A stretch of 64,000 nucleotides of DNA, taken from contig JBLHGU010000006.1 of NCBI GenBank assembly GCA_047615875.1, positions 1,771 through 65,770 on the forward strand. The letters are read 5' to 3'. This stretch comes from Parasphingorhabdus sp. (GTDB lineage: Bacteria; Pseudomonadota; Gammaproteobacteria; Arenicellales; CAJQKF01). How positions within the stretch are numbered: the first letter of the stretch is position 1; each line of letters opens with the position of its first letter. The notes below the pieces were generated by a model. The model had not been told where the DNA came from and ran no database searches. It worked only from the letters and a program-made list of their open reading frames with translations. Both the position numbers and the translations under genes were made by a program. Of this stretch, positions 30,299 to 40,270 are shown piece after piece.

Positions 30299-31527
30299 TG
30301 AATTTGGGTCTCACGTTTTCCTGAGTTAAGTCTCAGCAATGTTGCAAGCACTATTAACCAATCTGACATTACGTTGTGCCTGAAAGACTGTCCGTAGTTT
30401 GTCGAGCCAAGTGACCACATAAAGGTAATCAGCAGGAAAAGTGCTAAAAATATCCCTGACTCGTAAGACAACTTTCCACGTATGAATAGTAAAATCAAAA
30501 ACAGCATTAATGATAGTCTTATTATTGAGTTTATAAATGGAACATAGTCAATCCATTTTTCAATCTCACTTAACCACGGTCCACCAACATAATAGAAATA
30601 CGATTTGGAAAGACCAACAACTGCAGGATACCACTCAAAGGTTTCTACCATAAACCCATAGGATGTGCGCGGGTTCGCGGAATCAACAGCCTCCCTGTAT
30701 CCAAAAATAAAATGATTTATGCTGCTGTGATCTGTCAGCATTTCAACGTAATCATTTCCACTAGTCGCGGGCATTTTCACAACGAGAAAAAAACCAATTA
30801 CTCCGACCAGAAACAGCATAAGTAATGAATAAAGCAATGCTTTTCCTGTATTAGGAGAGTATCTAAAAATATGTAAACAAATCCCCAGCCCCACTAACAA
30901 AGCTCCCAGCGCGATCAATACATGATGGAAAAGCCCCATAAACAAGAAGAACGGTATTGAAAATAACCAAAATTTCGTTTTGCCTGTTTCTATAGCTAGA
31001 ATCGCAAAGGCACAACCACCAGCCAGCCCAGTTAGTTGAAATACTTCACGAAAAGTTATTGAAGTAAAAAACAGATGGGTTGGTAATAGACCAACAATAA
31101 CTATCAACACAACGGCCTTGCGTGGGGGCAGTTTATAAACTGAAGCTATAAGAGTCATTAATATGAGCGATATCGCCGAAAAATGAATCGAGAGCGTTTG
31201 CCCAACCAGCTTTGACTGACCAAAAGTATAGTGTGTGAAGAACAGTATCCATTCATAAAAGCCCGTACCAACGGTTACATCCGGGTAATTCTGATCATGT
31301 AACGCTCGCAACGCATTCTTATAAAACATATTTGCATCACCATCGGCACCCGGTAATATGCTAAATAAATTAAAAATTGATACTGCATGGTGTGCGGTTA
31401 CCACCAACAACATGGCTACTACGACTGGCGTCGTTCTATAGACCGCTGGCAAACACCTGATCCAGGCATAACTCAGGAGGAAAAACAAAATTACCCCAAA
31501 CTCAGGAAACTGAAAATTAGATAGCAT
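30295..31527 (-). CDS. Polytopic membrane protein, Wzy/EpsG-like putative repeat-unit polymerase
   Basis: 410 aa with about 10-11 TM spans and a larger loop near residues 260-320. The position and size are typical of O-antigen polymerases. Sequence families of this type are too divergent for a call by eye. Confidence 0.5.
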   Translation of the reverse strand: MLSNFQFPEFGVILFFLLSYAWIRCLPAVYRTTPVVVAMLLVVTAHHAVSIFNLFSILPGADGDANMFYKNALRALHDQNYPDVTVGTGFYEWILFFTHYTFGQSKLVGQTLSIHFSAISLILMTLIASVYKLPPRKAVVLIVIVGLLPTHLFFTSITFREVFQLTGLAGGCAFAILAIETGKTKFWLFSIPFFLFMGLFHHVLIALGALLVGLGICLHIFRYSPNTGKALLYSLLMLFLVGVIGFFLVVKMPATSGNDYVEMLTDHSSINHFIFGYREAVDSANPRTSYGFMVETFEWYPAVVGLSKSYFYYVGGPWLSEIEKWIDYVPFINSIIRLSLMLFLILLFIRGKLSYESGIFLALFLLITFMWSLGSTNYGQSFRHNVMSDWLIVLATLLRLNSGKRETQIQ

Positions 31528-31598
31528 TTAGTCTAAACTATGAGTTGATAATAACGCGGCAGGCAAATAGATATCGAAAAACTGTATTACAAAAGATA

Positions 31599-32522
31599 TC
31601 ATTCTGACATGCGCAACAAATCGCGTTTATAGACTAAATAGCCTGCGATTGCGAACAGAGTGACTAATGTTTTTGCTGAGAGATTTTCTAACGATTTGAT
31701 TTGCTCTAGCGCACCCTTTTGAACATGAAAAGAGAACCTGGAATAGTGGATCGCAGAAATAACAAAGCAACTCAGGCATGAAGTTAACCAGGGAATTTCT
31801 TCATTTAAAATAAACTGATGCCACAAACGATTTCCTTCAGCCAGAGATCCTGGATCACAAATATTTGTTAAAGAATCGTTCACTTTTGACTGGTGATAAA
31901 TTCGTACTATTTTATTTATATATCTTGTTTTGAATCGCCGGGCTAGCATGCCCCAGTAAATGCCTTCAGGCACATGTGAATGATCTGAGAGGACCGGGAA
32001 AGGGTTTTGTTTGATTATGTCAATTCTTTGAAAACCAAACTTCTCCCCTTCCAGCTTAAATTTATACTTCACCTCAATGGCATTTGAATCTAAAGAATCG
32101 TGTGGAAATTCAGACCCAACTAAATCACCTGACTGGTTCTCACACAATCCTGTTACACCAATAAAGTCGCTACGTTCTGAAGATGGAATTTCATTCCAGG
32201 CAAAAATCATCACCGCTAGCGCATCAATTGTTAACTCATCATCTGAGTCAAGAATAATTAGCATTTCCCCGCGAGCGACCGAGACCCCATGATTTAAAGC
32301 ATCTGCTTTACCACCATTCTCTTTAACTAAAGGCTGTATTGAAATGAGATCTTCTTCTATCCAGCCAGCAATCAATTCGCTAGTATTATCTGTAGAGCCA
32401 TCGTCCACAATTACCCATTCAAAGTCCTGGCAGGTCTGCGAGCAGATTGAACGATAAACACGGCCAAGGCTATGCGCTCGATTATAGGTAGGCGTGATAA
32501 TGGAAAACAAAAAGTCACTCAT
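31599..32522 (-). CDS. Glycosyltransferase family 2
   Basis: 307 aa with FSIITPTYNRAHSL...WVIVDDGSTDNT and the DSDD (DxD) motif. Confidence 0.85.
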   Translation of the reverse strand: MSDFLFSIITPTYNRAHSLGRVYRSICSQTCQDFEWVIVDDGSTDNTSELIAGWIEEDLISIQPLVKENGGKADALNHGVSVARGEMLIILDSDDELTIDALAVMIFAWNEIPSSERSDFIGVTGLCENQSGDLVGSEFPHDSLDSNAIEVKYKFKLEGEKFGFQRIDIIKQNPFPVLSDHSHVPEGIYWGMLARRFKTRYINKIVRIYHQSKVNDSLTNICDPGSLAEGNRLWHQFILNEEIPWLTSCLSCFVISAIHYSRFSFHVQKGALEQIKSLENLSAKTLVTLFAIAGYLVYKRDLLRMSE

Positions 32523-33625
32523 CAGGCAACAAGTTCAGAAAATAGTACTTGCCATCTATTGGAGACCTGTTCTATTGAGTACTTCTGCACAGATAACCGG
32601 GCATTGTTTCCACAATAGTCCCTTAGTTCGGGATTACCAATTGCTAACTTGATCTTCTCAACCAGGCTTGCAACAGACCCAACCTTACAAAGCAACCCAT
32701 TTTCTCCATCAATAATCAATTCTTCTACACCGGCACTTGCGTTACTACTTATTACACTGAGCCCCAGGGCCATTGCTTCACAAAGTGCCATTGGAAATGC
32801 CTCTGTGCGGGAACTCATAACAAAAAGCTCTGCACGCATCAAAGCACTATCGACATCGGTCGTATAGCCTTCTAGAGTAATCTGGGTAGACACGCCAAGT
32901 TCCACTATTTTTTTTTGTAATTGCCCCCTCTCGGGACCATCTCCATAAATACTTAGCTTCAACTGTGGACTTGTTTTTAGAACTTCAGCAAATGCATCGA
33001 TAAGTAAGTCGAACCCCTTCAAGTAATCCAGGCGACCCACTGCGATCAATTGCCCTACAAGCCTGGACTCTTTATTATCTTTATCAGGGATAATTACCGG
33101 GTTAGGTATAAGGTCTAAATTTTTAGTCAGATTCTTTCCGAACCAGGCCTTCGCTGTACGGTTCAGAACCACTACTCTGTTCGCCAATGGATAGGATAAT
33201 TTCCGCATTAGCGACCAAATTCCAGAAACTGGATAGGTCCCAGGATCAGCATGCTCAGAAATCACCACCGGTATGTTCAGTCCCCTGGTGGCAAGCAAAG
33301 TGAGCACACTGGTATCCAACATATAACTCAACACAACATCAGGGGCCAAAGACTTAATATTTTGACGCAGTTTAAATACTCTACGAAGATTATTTGTTAT
33401 AGCTCTGAATAAAGAACCCGATTCGTTCATCAAATTCAGATTCACTCTATTGATACTATCGTCAAGAAGATAAAACGATGCTTCGTCCTCATCCTGAAGG
33501 GTCAGAATAGAAATACTATGTTTGGCCCTGGCCCAATAATTAGCCAGATTGCAGGCAACCCGTTCTGCACCTCCAGGTTGTAGTGTCGCTATAACAATAA
33601 GAATTCGCATGAACACAATAACCAA
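32522..33625 (-). CDS. Glycosyltransferase family 4
   Basis: 367 aa with MRILIVIATLQPGGAERV and TEAFPMALCEAMALGLSVISS. Confidence 0.8.
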   Translation of the reverse strand: MVIVFMRILIVIATLQPGGAERVACNLANYWARAKHSISILTLQDEDEASFYLLDDSINRVNLNLMNESGSLFRAITNNLRRVFKLRQNIKSLAPDVVLSYMLDTSVLTLLATRGLNIPVVISEHADPGTYPVSGIWSLMRKLSYPLANRVVVLNRTAKAWFGKNLTKNLDLIPNPVIIPDKDNKESRLVGQLIAVGRLDYLKGFDLLIDAFAEVLKTSPQLKLSIYGDGPERGQLQKKIVELGVSTQITLEGYTTDVDSALMRAELFVMSSRTEAFPMALCEAMALGLSVISSNASAGVEELIIDGENGLLCKVGSVASLVEKIKLAIGNPELRDYCGNNARLSVQKYSIEQVSNRWQVLFSELVA

Positions 33626-33723
33626 TCAGGCAATATACTAGACATTAAACCGCGTTATAAGAAAACTTGTGGGTATAAATAGACAAGAGTTTTTTCACAA
33701 AAATTCTAGACCTTATACTTGGC

Positions 33724-34725
33724 CTATTCTTTACGTAGACCTTCCCAAGTCTCTGTAACTTTCTTTAGAAAGCCCCCTCCGCCTAGCGACAGTGCATATT
33801 GGATTATGGCAAATGGTTCTCTCGGAGATATTTTTAATAGCTCTATAATTTCTTTTCTGGTTTTAACGGCGTCGCCCTTTCGAGTCCACGCTGATATGAG
33901 ATGTTTATGGTATCGAATCAAGCCGTCAACACGGTCCTTTCGAATACGGTTAGCCGGTGGATCGTATTGGCCATTTTGAATGCAGTCGCTACCAAAATCT
34001 GCCCTCTCTCTCCAACACTGGCGAGCAAGTTCAGCAAACAGCCCCTGCGCTTCAACATTCACAATGGAAACCATATCTCGACTATGTCTATGAGCATAAA
34101 GCACTTCGGCAAGATTTGAGAGCTGATATTTTTCATTCATTCTCAGAAGAAGATCATAGTCCTGTGAAAACCTAAACTCTTCTCTATAACCATTTAAATC
34201 CTTTAAAATGTCAGCACGCACCAACCAGGAACCGTGAGTAAAAGAATTAACCTCAACCAATTGTTGACTCAACGTTATAGGCCGAGTTTCAGGGATAAAT
34301 CTGTGGATTTGAGAATTGGAATGATCAACCTGCACAGAACCTGTTCCAATCAGAGCAATATCTTGCCGATTTTCTAAAAACTGCACCTGTTTTGCCAGTC
34401 GCTCCGGCAACGAGTAATCATCTGCATCCTGACGGGCAATATATTTTCCTCTACTGCGACTTATCAGCTCGTTCAGAGTTGCGGTTAAACCCTTATTGAG
34501 CTGATCGATTACATTGAGCCGTGGATCACTGAACGATTGTAAGATTTCCAGCGTACCGTCTGTTGAACCATCATTCACCACAATAAACTCAAAATCGGAA
34601 TAGGTCTGATTCAGAATGCTTTCAATACACTGGGTGAGAAAACTCTCAGCATTATAGGCACTCATAATTACAGAAACCTGTGGTATATCTAACCCTGACA
34701 CCTTTAGATCTTTTCTATCTATCAA
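33724..34725 (-). CDS. Glycosyltransferase family 2
   Basis: 333 aa with VSVIMSAYNAESFL...FIVVNDGSTDGT and RQDADD (DxD). Confidence 0.85.
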   Translation of the reverse strand: MIDRKDLKVSGLDIPQVSVIMSAYNAESFLTQCIESILNQTYSDFEFIVVNDGSTDGTLEILQSFSDPRLNVIDQLNKGLTATLNELISRSRGKYIARQDADDYSLPERLAKQVQFLENRQDIALIGTGSVQVDHSNSQIHRFIPETRPITLSQQLVEVNSFTHGSWLVRADILKDLNGYREEFRFSQDYDLLLRMNEKYQLSNLAEVLYAHRHSRDMVSIVNVEAQGLFAELARQCWRERADFGSDCIQNGQYDPPANRIRKDRVDGLIRYHKHLISAWTRKGDAVKTRKEIIELLKISPREPFAIIQYALSLGGGGFLKKVTETWEGLRKE

Positions 34726-34726
34726 A

Positions 34727-35893
34727 CTAATAAGCTATGGTTTTCTGAATGGACGGATTAGTTTCGGCCAGAATATTTGCTATTCTTTTTCCTGCATGAC
34801 CATCACCATATATAGGAGCCGAATCATATCGGCCGTGCGAAATATGCGTTTGAACCGCGCGCACGATGGCGTCTTTATCGCAATCGGTATCGAGAACATT
34901 GGGTCCACGTTGTCGATTATTCTGTCTACTACCTACATTTACCGCAGGTGTTCCAATGAATGCACCCTCGCGTATACCGCTACTGGAATTACCAATTAAA
35001 CAAGCTGTATTAGCCATTAATTGTACATAGGTTTTTATAGGCAGATTTTTAAAAAAGTGGATTTTCGAATTCTTATTATGCTCACGGTATTTTCTCATTC
35101 CCCGCGCGATTTCTTCGGACCCGGCATCAGGATTCGGCCATAACGCTATGGCGGGCAACCCAAGTTTGTCTATTGCAGCCAATGACGCATTAATCTGCCT
35201 CTCTCCGTCGCCATATTCAGTAGTTACCGGATGTTGGGAAAGCAGTAAAAATGGCTGAGTCAAATCAAAACTTCGCCCAACGCCATCGGAAAATAAAGAC
35301 GCTTCTAGATTTGTTTCTTCACCACCAAGAATCTCAGCCACAAGATCCATGCGCGGACAACCCACGTTATACACAAACTCAGGCAACTCGCCCAATTTAA
35401 CGATTCTATCACTAGCATCACTGCAAGCTGGAAAATGGATATGGGCAAATTTGGTAATGGCGTGTCGAATACTCTCATCGATTGTGCCAGTAATCTCACC
35501 ACCCATAGTATGTGCAAGTCGAATATTCATGTAGACAGCCGCTAAGGTAGTCGCCATAGTTTCAAATCGATCACCAACCGTTAATATGATATCTGGTTTA
35601 AGACGTTCAAATACTGTTGGTAACTCCATCAACCCCAGGGCAGTAGACTTTGCCATAGTCGCAGGTGTTTCCCCTTCAATCAGGGAAAATATACTGGCAT
35701 CAAGCTCAAACCCGTCCGCGCTAATTAAATCAGATACCGCACCGTAACGATCCAACACGGCTGAAGCAGTTACCACCACCTGTAATTTTAGTTCAGGGTG
35801 ATTTTGAATCTCGTGCATAGCAGACTTAATGCTGCTGTAATTTGCCCTTGATCCTATAACAATACATATCTTTCTCATCTGGCTAATAACCAC
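34727..35893 (-). CDS. neuC: NDP-N-acetylhexosamine 2-epimerase (hydrolysing), NeuC/LegG-like
   Basis: 388 aa with GDRFETMATTLAAVYMNIRLAHTMGGEITGTIDESIRHAITKFAHIHF, diagnostic of the hydrolysing 2-epimerase family. Confidence 0.85.
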   Translation of the reverse strand: MVISQMRKICIVIGSRANYSSIKSAMHEIQNHPELKLQVVVTASAVLDRYGAVSDLISADGFELDASIFSLIEGETPATMAKSTALGLMELPTVFERLKPDIILTVGDRFETMATTLAAVYMNIRLAHTMGGEITGTIDESIRHAITKFAHIHFPACSDASDRIVKLGELPEFVYNVGCPRMDLVAEILGGEETNLEASLFSDGVGRSFDLTQPFLLLSQHPVTTEYGDGERQINASLAAIDKLGLPAIALWPNPDAGSEEIARGMRKYREHNKNSKIHFFKNLPIKTYVQLMANTACLIGNSSSGIREGAFIGTPAVNVGSRQNNRQRGPNVLDTDCDKDAIVRAVQTHISHGRYDSAPIYGDGHAGKRIANILAETNPSIQKTIAY

Positions 35894-35938
35894 TCACTAA
35901 TTAATATGGCAACAACTGGGTAACTTCACAACGTGAAT

Positions 35939-36946
35939 TTATTCAAAATCATTTAATGCTAGCAAAGCATCCATTCTTAATGAACACTTTAGTTTCCGAC
36001 CTAAAACTAGCTCGAGATTCTTTGGAGCCAGACCACTTCCCGGTTTCTTGACCCCAATGTCACATCGTTGCAGCGTTGTACCGGCTTCGAGATCATGTGA
36101 TGCGACCAGGCTCTTCTGGAAGATAAACTTCATGTCCACATAATGACTTACATCGGATTTATCCACTGGATTAGCCGACATACTCTCCACTTCTCGTATA
36201 AGTCCAACCATTGACCTGAACTCTTCGGGCTCCATTGAATGTTTAGCATCACTGCCATACATCAGCCGACTGAATGTAAAATGTTTTTCAATCACGGTAG
36301 CGCCCAGGGTTACCGCCGCAATACTTGCGGCCGCCGAATGGGTATGATCTGACAGGCCAACAGCACAATTATAACGCCGCGCCATCTCCTGCATAACGTT
36401 GAGTCCCACAGCATCCGACGGGCACGGATATCTTGAGCTACATTGCAAAACAGTTAAAGGACAGTTTTTTCTGGAAAAAACATTTACGGCTTCATCCAGT
36501 TCAACCCAGTTGCTCATACCACTAGACAAAATCACTGGTTTGGAAATAGCTGCAATTTTCTCCAACATGGGAAGGTTAGTCACCTCCCCCGAAGGAATTT
36601 TATAATGCTGCATACTCAGAGACTCCAACAGATCAACGGCAGCCTCAGAAAATGGTGAGGACATAAACTCAACGGCATTATCGTCACAATGCTGTTTAAT
36701 TAGCTGCCATTCTCTGGGTGAAAAGCCTGTTCTATCGAAGTAACTAAACCTATCCTCCGCGCTAAAGTAAGCAGGAGTTGGAGCATCCCGAATAGTTTCT
36801 TCAACGGCGATGTGAGTTTGAAACTTCGCTGCATCGGCACCTACTTCACCAGCAGCTTCAATCAGTTTCAAAACATTACCTAAACTACCGTCATGGACTG
36901 ATCCAATCTCAGCGATAACCATTACAGCATTATCTTGTTGCGTCAT
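35939..36946 (-). CDS. neuB: Nonulosonic acid synthase (NeuB/LegI family) with a C-terminal SAF domain
   Basis: 335 aa with VIAEIG..HDGS, AAKFQTH, YKIPSGE and GLSDHT motifs, plus an antifreeze-like tail. Confidence 0.85.
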   Translation of the reverse strand: MTQQDNAVMVIAEIGSVHDGSLGNVLKLIEAAGEVGADAAKFQTHIAVEETIRDAPTPAYFSAEDRFSYFDRTGFSPREWQLIKQHCDDNAVEFMSSPFSEAAVDLLESLSMQHYKIPSGEVTNLPMLEKIAAISKPVILSSGMSNWVELDEAVNVFSRKNCPLTVLQCSSRYPCPSDAVGLNVMQEMARRYNCAVGLSDHTHSAAASIAAVTLGATVIEKHFTFSRLMYGSDAKHSMEPEEFRSMVGLIREVESMSANPVDKSDVSHYVDMKFIFQKSLVASHDLEAGTTLQRCDIGVKKPGSGLAPKNLELVLGRKLKCSLRMDALLALNDFE

Positions 36947-36947
36947 T

Positions 36948-37652
36948 TTAAAGTTTATCCAAATTAAGTACGGCCTGCGCCAATCTCAGATCCCAGGGCT
37001 CATCGATATCGATAGATCTCTCTTTTGGCATAGGATAACCAACAACGTGCATATTCCCAGCATAAAAGGCCTTTTCTTGAAGAAACTTCGTCACATTTAA
37101 AACCAGAATCGCAGGGCCATTTCGGGCAACATAGGATGGTTTAAAATGCCGATCTAGACTCTCATTTCCACCTGAATTACTCATAAGCCTATTGGTGTCA
37201 TCCATTTGCATAATGGACTCTGGATTAAACTGATGAGGAACAGTCTGCACACTTACCAGAGTATCGGCCCTCTCTTGGTCAAATCGCGCAATAGCGCCTA
37301 TTATATCGTTAGATATTCGCAACGGAGAAGTTGGTTGTAAGTACACTAAGGTATCAGGAAAATAATCTGAATTAGACAAAAACCTTAAGCAATGATCAAT
37401 TACCTCGACAGCATTACTATTGTCTTGAGAAATATTCTGCGGTCTTAGAAACGGAACATCCGCACCATAATTCTGGGCCACCTCGGCAATCTCCAGGCTA
37501 TCGGTACTAACAATTATTGAATCCAGCACCTTTGAGTCCAGAGCACAGCAGATGGTATGCGCTATCAAAGGGCGGCCATCGAGCTCAACAAGATTTTTGC
37601 TGGGAATTCCTTTAGAGCCACCTCTTGCTGGAATCAGACCGACTCTTCGCAC
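36948..37652 (-). CDS. neuA: CMP-nonulosonate synthetase (acylneuraminate cytidylyltransferase, NeuA/LegF-like)
   Basis: 234 aa with IPARGGSKGIPSKN and YLQPTSPLR motifs. Confidence 0.85.
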   Translation of the reverse strand: MRRVGLIPARGGSKGIPSKNLVELDGRPLIAHTICCALDSKVLDSIIVSTDSLEIAEVAQNYGADVPFLRPQNISQDNSNAVEVIDHCLRFLSNSDYFPDTLVYLQPTSPLRISNDIIGAIARFDQERADTLVSVQTVPHQFNPESIMQMDDTNRLMSNSGGNESLDRHFKPSYVARNGPAILVLNVTKFLQEKAFYAGNMHVVGYPMPKERSIDIDEPWDLRLAQAVLNLDKL

Positions 37653-39112
37653 AAAACCTCATTACGCAATAAATCTGTCAGACGACTGGCAGCACAACCA
37701 TCAAGAGGATCCATCATATTCTCTCTTATCCAGCGCCGACCTTCAGCCCGATAATCTGGATTCATCAAATACCGATTGATCGCCCGATCTAGTTCTTCAA
37801 ACCCATTAACCATTTCAACGGCGCCAGATTTCACAACGGGACAGTAGTGATCCATTTTGTACCACTGCCTGGCAAGCTCACTGTCATCAGGATTCTTACC
37901 ATCAAACCCAAGATTTATAATGGGTGCATCAACAGCAGCAGCGTCAAGACTAATTGAACCCTGCCCGGAAATCACCACATCGGCGGCACAAAGAGTATCT
38001 TCCAGCCGTTTCAATCCAGCCAATTCTGCAGCCTGCACTATCACCCTGCCTTGGGATTGATATAATCCGTAGCGACTTTTCCATTCATTATCTACTGGAT
38101 GTGGTCGAATTAGTAACATGCAAGGCTTATCGTATCGATTATTCACTACCTGATCGGCTAGATAGCCTGCTATATGCGGTTCATTCTCACCCAGTCTGGC
38201 AGAATTTGCAGTGAACACGAGCAGGCAACAATTTGTTGGCAAATTCAGCCAGTCAATTATTTCCGCGCTACGAGTACGTCTACTATTAGCATAGCCATCA
38301 AAAAGTGGCCAACCGACATTCACTACCTTATCCGCAGGTATTGCATGATAGTCAACAACATCATTTTTCATCTGACTGCTATACACGATCACTTGCTTGA
38401 ACCAGTGAGAAATAGGCCCCTTGGTCGTCGGTCTGTCCCAGCTACCCACTACAGCACACGTCTGAGCACCATACTTTTTCGCAGCAAGAACATAATCCCG
38501 GCTGAGTAGGTTTTGCGCATGCCAGACAACTACTCTGGAGGGTTGTATGTGCTTGAAGAATTCGTTAATTGAAGGATCGATAATCTGCAAACTGGTGTTG
38601 TAGGTTCTATATAACAACCAATACAACCAGCTCGAATCTGGCCTGGGTAGACCTAGCTCAGCAGATATGTAATTTCCGGCTAGAGCCTCTCGCTCAACCT
38701 TCTCGCCGGTAAATGCCTGCTTGAATTGATGGGCATAGAAATTGTGAATATGATTAAATCGAAAAGCAATATTGGGGTAATCAGCGCGCAATATACGCTG
38801 TATTCTAAGGGAAAAAAAGCGTAATACTTTCCTCAGAAATACAGTCATTGATTGCCACCCAGGTCCTATCTCTGCAGGGTCTGAGATCGATCGCCACTCC
38901 ATTCCGCCGCATAATTTTTCTGTAGGAATCAGGTCCCGGCTATGACTGACAATATAAATTTTCCCTGGTAGCGCCGAAAGTTCTTTCCACAAATTTGAGG
39001 CAAACACATTTCTAATTGACATCGAATTCGGCAGCACCAACACAAGGGGGGGGTGTTGCAATCTTTCAGACACCCGAGTCATATCCAGGGCTGCATTTGC
39101 CAATTGCTGCAC
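37634..39112 (-). CDS. Uncharacterised GT-B-like protein with an HP motif (TagF / bacterial sialyltransferase-like); candidate nonulosonate transferase
   Basis: 492 aa with a GTG start (alternative ATG at 39082). The C-terminal half has LLIRPHPVD and VISGQGSISLDAAAVDAPIINL, reminiscent of TagF-like and sialyltransferase nucleotide-sugar binding halves. It is wedged between the legC-like and neuA-like genes and overlaps neuA by 19 nt. Confidence 0.4.
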   Translation of the reverse strand: MQQLANAALDMTRVSERLQHPPLVLVLPNSMSIRNVFASNLWKELSALPGKIYIVSHSRDLIPTEKLCGGMEWRSISDPAEIGPGWQSMTVFLRKVLRFFSLRIQRILRADYPNIAFRFNHIHNFYAHQFKQAFTGEKVEREALAGNYISAELGLPRPDSSWLYWLLYRTYNTSLQIIDPSINEFFKHIQPSRVVVWHAQNLLSRDYVLAAKKYGAQTCAVVGSWDRPTTKGPISHWFKQVIVYSSQMKNDVVDYHAIPADKVVNVGWPLFDGYANSRRTRSAEIIDWLNLPTNCCLLVFTANSARLGENEPHIAGYLADQVVNNRYDKPCMLLIRPHPVDNEWKSRYGLYQSQGRVIVQAAELAGLKRLEDTLCAADVVISGQGSISLDAAAVDAPIINLGFDGKNPDDSELARQWYKMDHYCPVVKSGAVEMVNGFEELDRAINRYLMNPDYRAEGRRWIRENMMDPLDGCAASRLTDLLRNEVLCEESV

Positions 39113-39124
39113 TAATTCCGACTC

Positions 39125-40270
39125 TCAGCTGACCACCGGTACGCCGCTGGGAATATTTACGACACTATGGTAAAGCGTCATCGTATTATGTAAATCACCG
39201 CGCGCACAATTCCTGTACATGGGTAATACATGTAGCGGATCCCAGGCAGCCCGGGTAAGAATTTCCGCGTTATTTGTATGTTCCAGGAATTCATCACGCT
39301 CGTAGATGCTGTCAAACAACAATGCATTCAACCAGTAGTTTGAGTGCGTTCCGGCTCTTTCGGAAAGCATTCTGACACCGGCTTTTTCGGCCCAGTCTTG
39401 ATAAATTTTTGCTATGCGTCTTTTAACATTCAAAAACTCACCCAACTGCTCAAACTGGGCGATACCGAGCGCAGCATTCAAGTTGGGCATGCGGTAGTTA
39501 TAGCCAACCTGATCATGAGAAAACCGATATAGCTCCGCAGTTCTAGCAGTAGTGGTTAGATGACGTATCTTACTAGCAACATCCTTGTTGTTAGTAAGGA
39601 TCATCCCCCCTCCCCCAGTAGTCAGCACTTTATTTCCGTTGAAACTGAGAATATTCGCTTTGCCTATGCTACCAGCCATCTGGCCAGCACAAACAGTACC
39701 CAGTGCTTCGGCAGAATCTTCAACTAGTTCAATATTCCACTCGTCGCAGATTTTCTTAATGAAATGTATGTTTGCAGCCAGTCCAAACGTATGCATCGGA
39801 ACACAAGCAGAAATTCGCTTGCCAGTCGACTTGCTAAAGGCACCTTCGTCTCGAAGCTCCGCCTGCTCATACAAATACTCTGCCAGGCTGGTTGCGCTCA
39901 AACTCGCAGTATCGCCATCCACATCAACAAAAACCGGATCGGCTCCACAGTACATAATCGCATTGCAAGTCGCCACAAAGCTCAGAGATTGCGTAATAAC
40001 CTCATCTCCCCTAGCAACACCAACACCCAGTAACGCGGCGTGCAATGCAGCAGTTCCATTCATGGTTGCGATGGCGTCAGTCACGCCGACATAGCTGGCA
40101 ATCTGATTCTCAAATTCACCAACCATCTGTCCAACAGTTGAAACAAATGTCGAATCAATACTGTCACTTAAATATTGTTTTTCGTTACCGTTAAACACAG
40201 GTGCATGAAGAGAAATAATTTCGTTATTGGGGTAGATTTCCCGCACTAGCTCTACAAAATCGTTAAACAT
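39125..40270 (-). CDS. legC: LegC-family PLP aminotransferase (NDP-4-keto-6-deoxy-GlcNAc 4-aminotransferase)
   Basis: 381 aa. Collinear blocks match C. jejuni LegC as I recall it: LHAPVFNGNEKQYL.DSIDSTFVSTVG, ISACVPMHTFGL, LSFNGNKVLTTGGGGMILTN, HLTTTA, GYNYRMPNLNAAL, VNIPSG. Confidence 0.75.
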   Translation of the reverse strand: MFNDFVELVREIYPNNEIISLHAPVFNGNEKQYLSDSIDSTFVSTVGQMVGEFENQIASYVGVTDAIATMNGTAALHAALLGVGVARGDEVITQSLSFVATCNAIMYCGADPVFVDVDGDTASLSATSLAEYLYEQAELRDEGAFSKSTGKRISACVPMHTFGLAANIHFIKKICDEWNIELVEDSAEALGTVCAGQMAGSIGKANILSFNGNKVLTTGGGGMILTNNKDVASKIRHLTTTARTAELYRFSHDQVGYNYRMPNLNAALGIAQFEQLGEFLNVKRRIAKIYQDWAEKAGVRMLSERAGTHSNYWLNALLFDSIYERDEFLEHTNNAEILTRAAWDPLHVLPMYRNCARGDLHNTMTLYHSVVNIPSGVPVVS

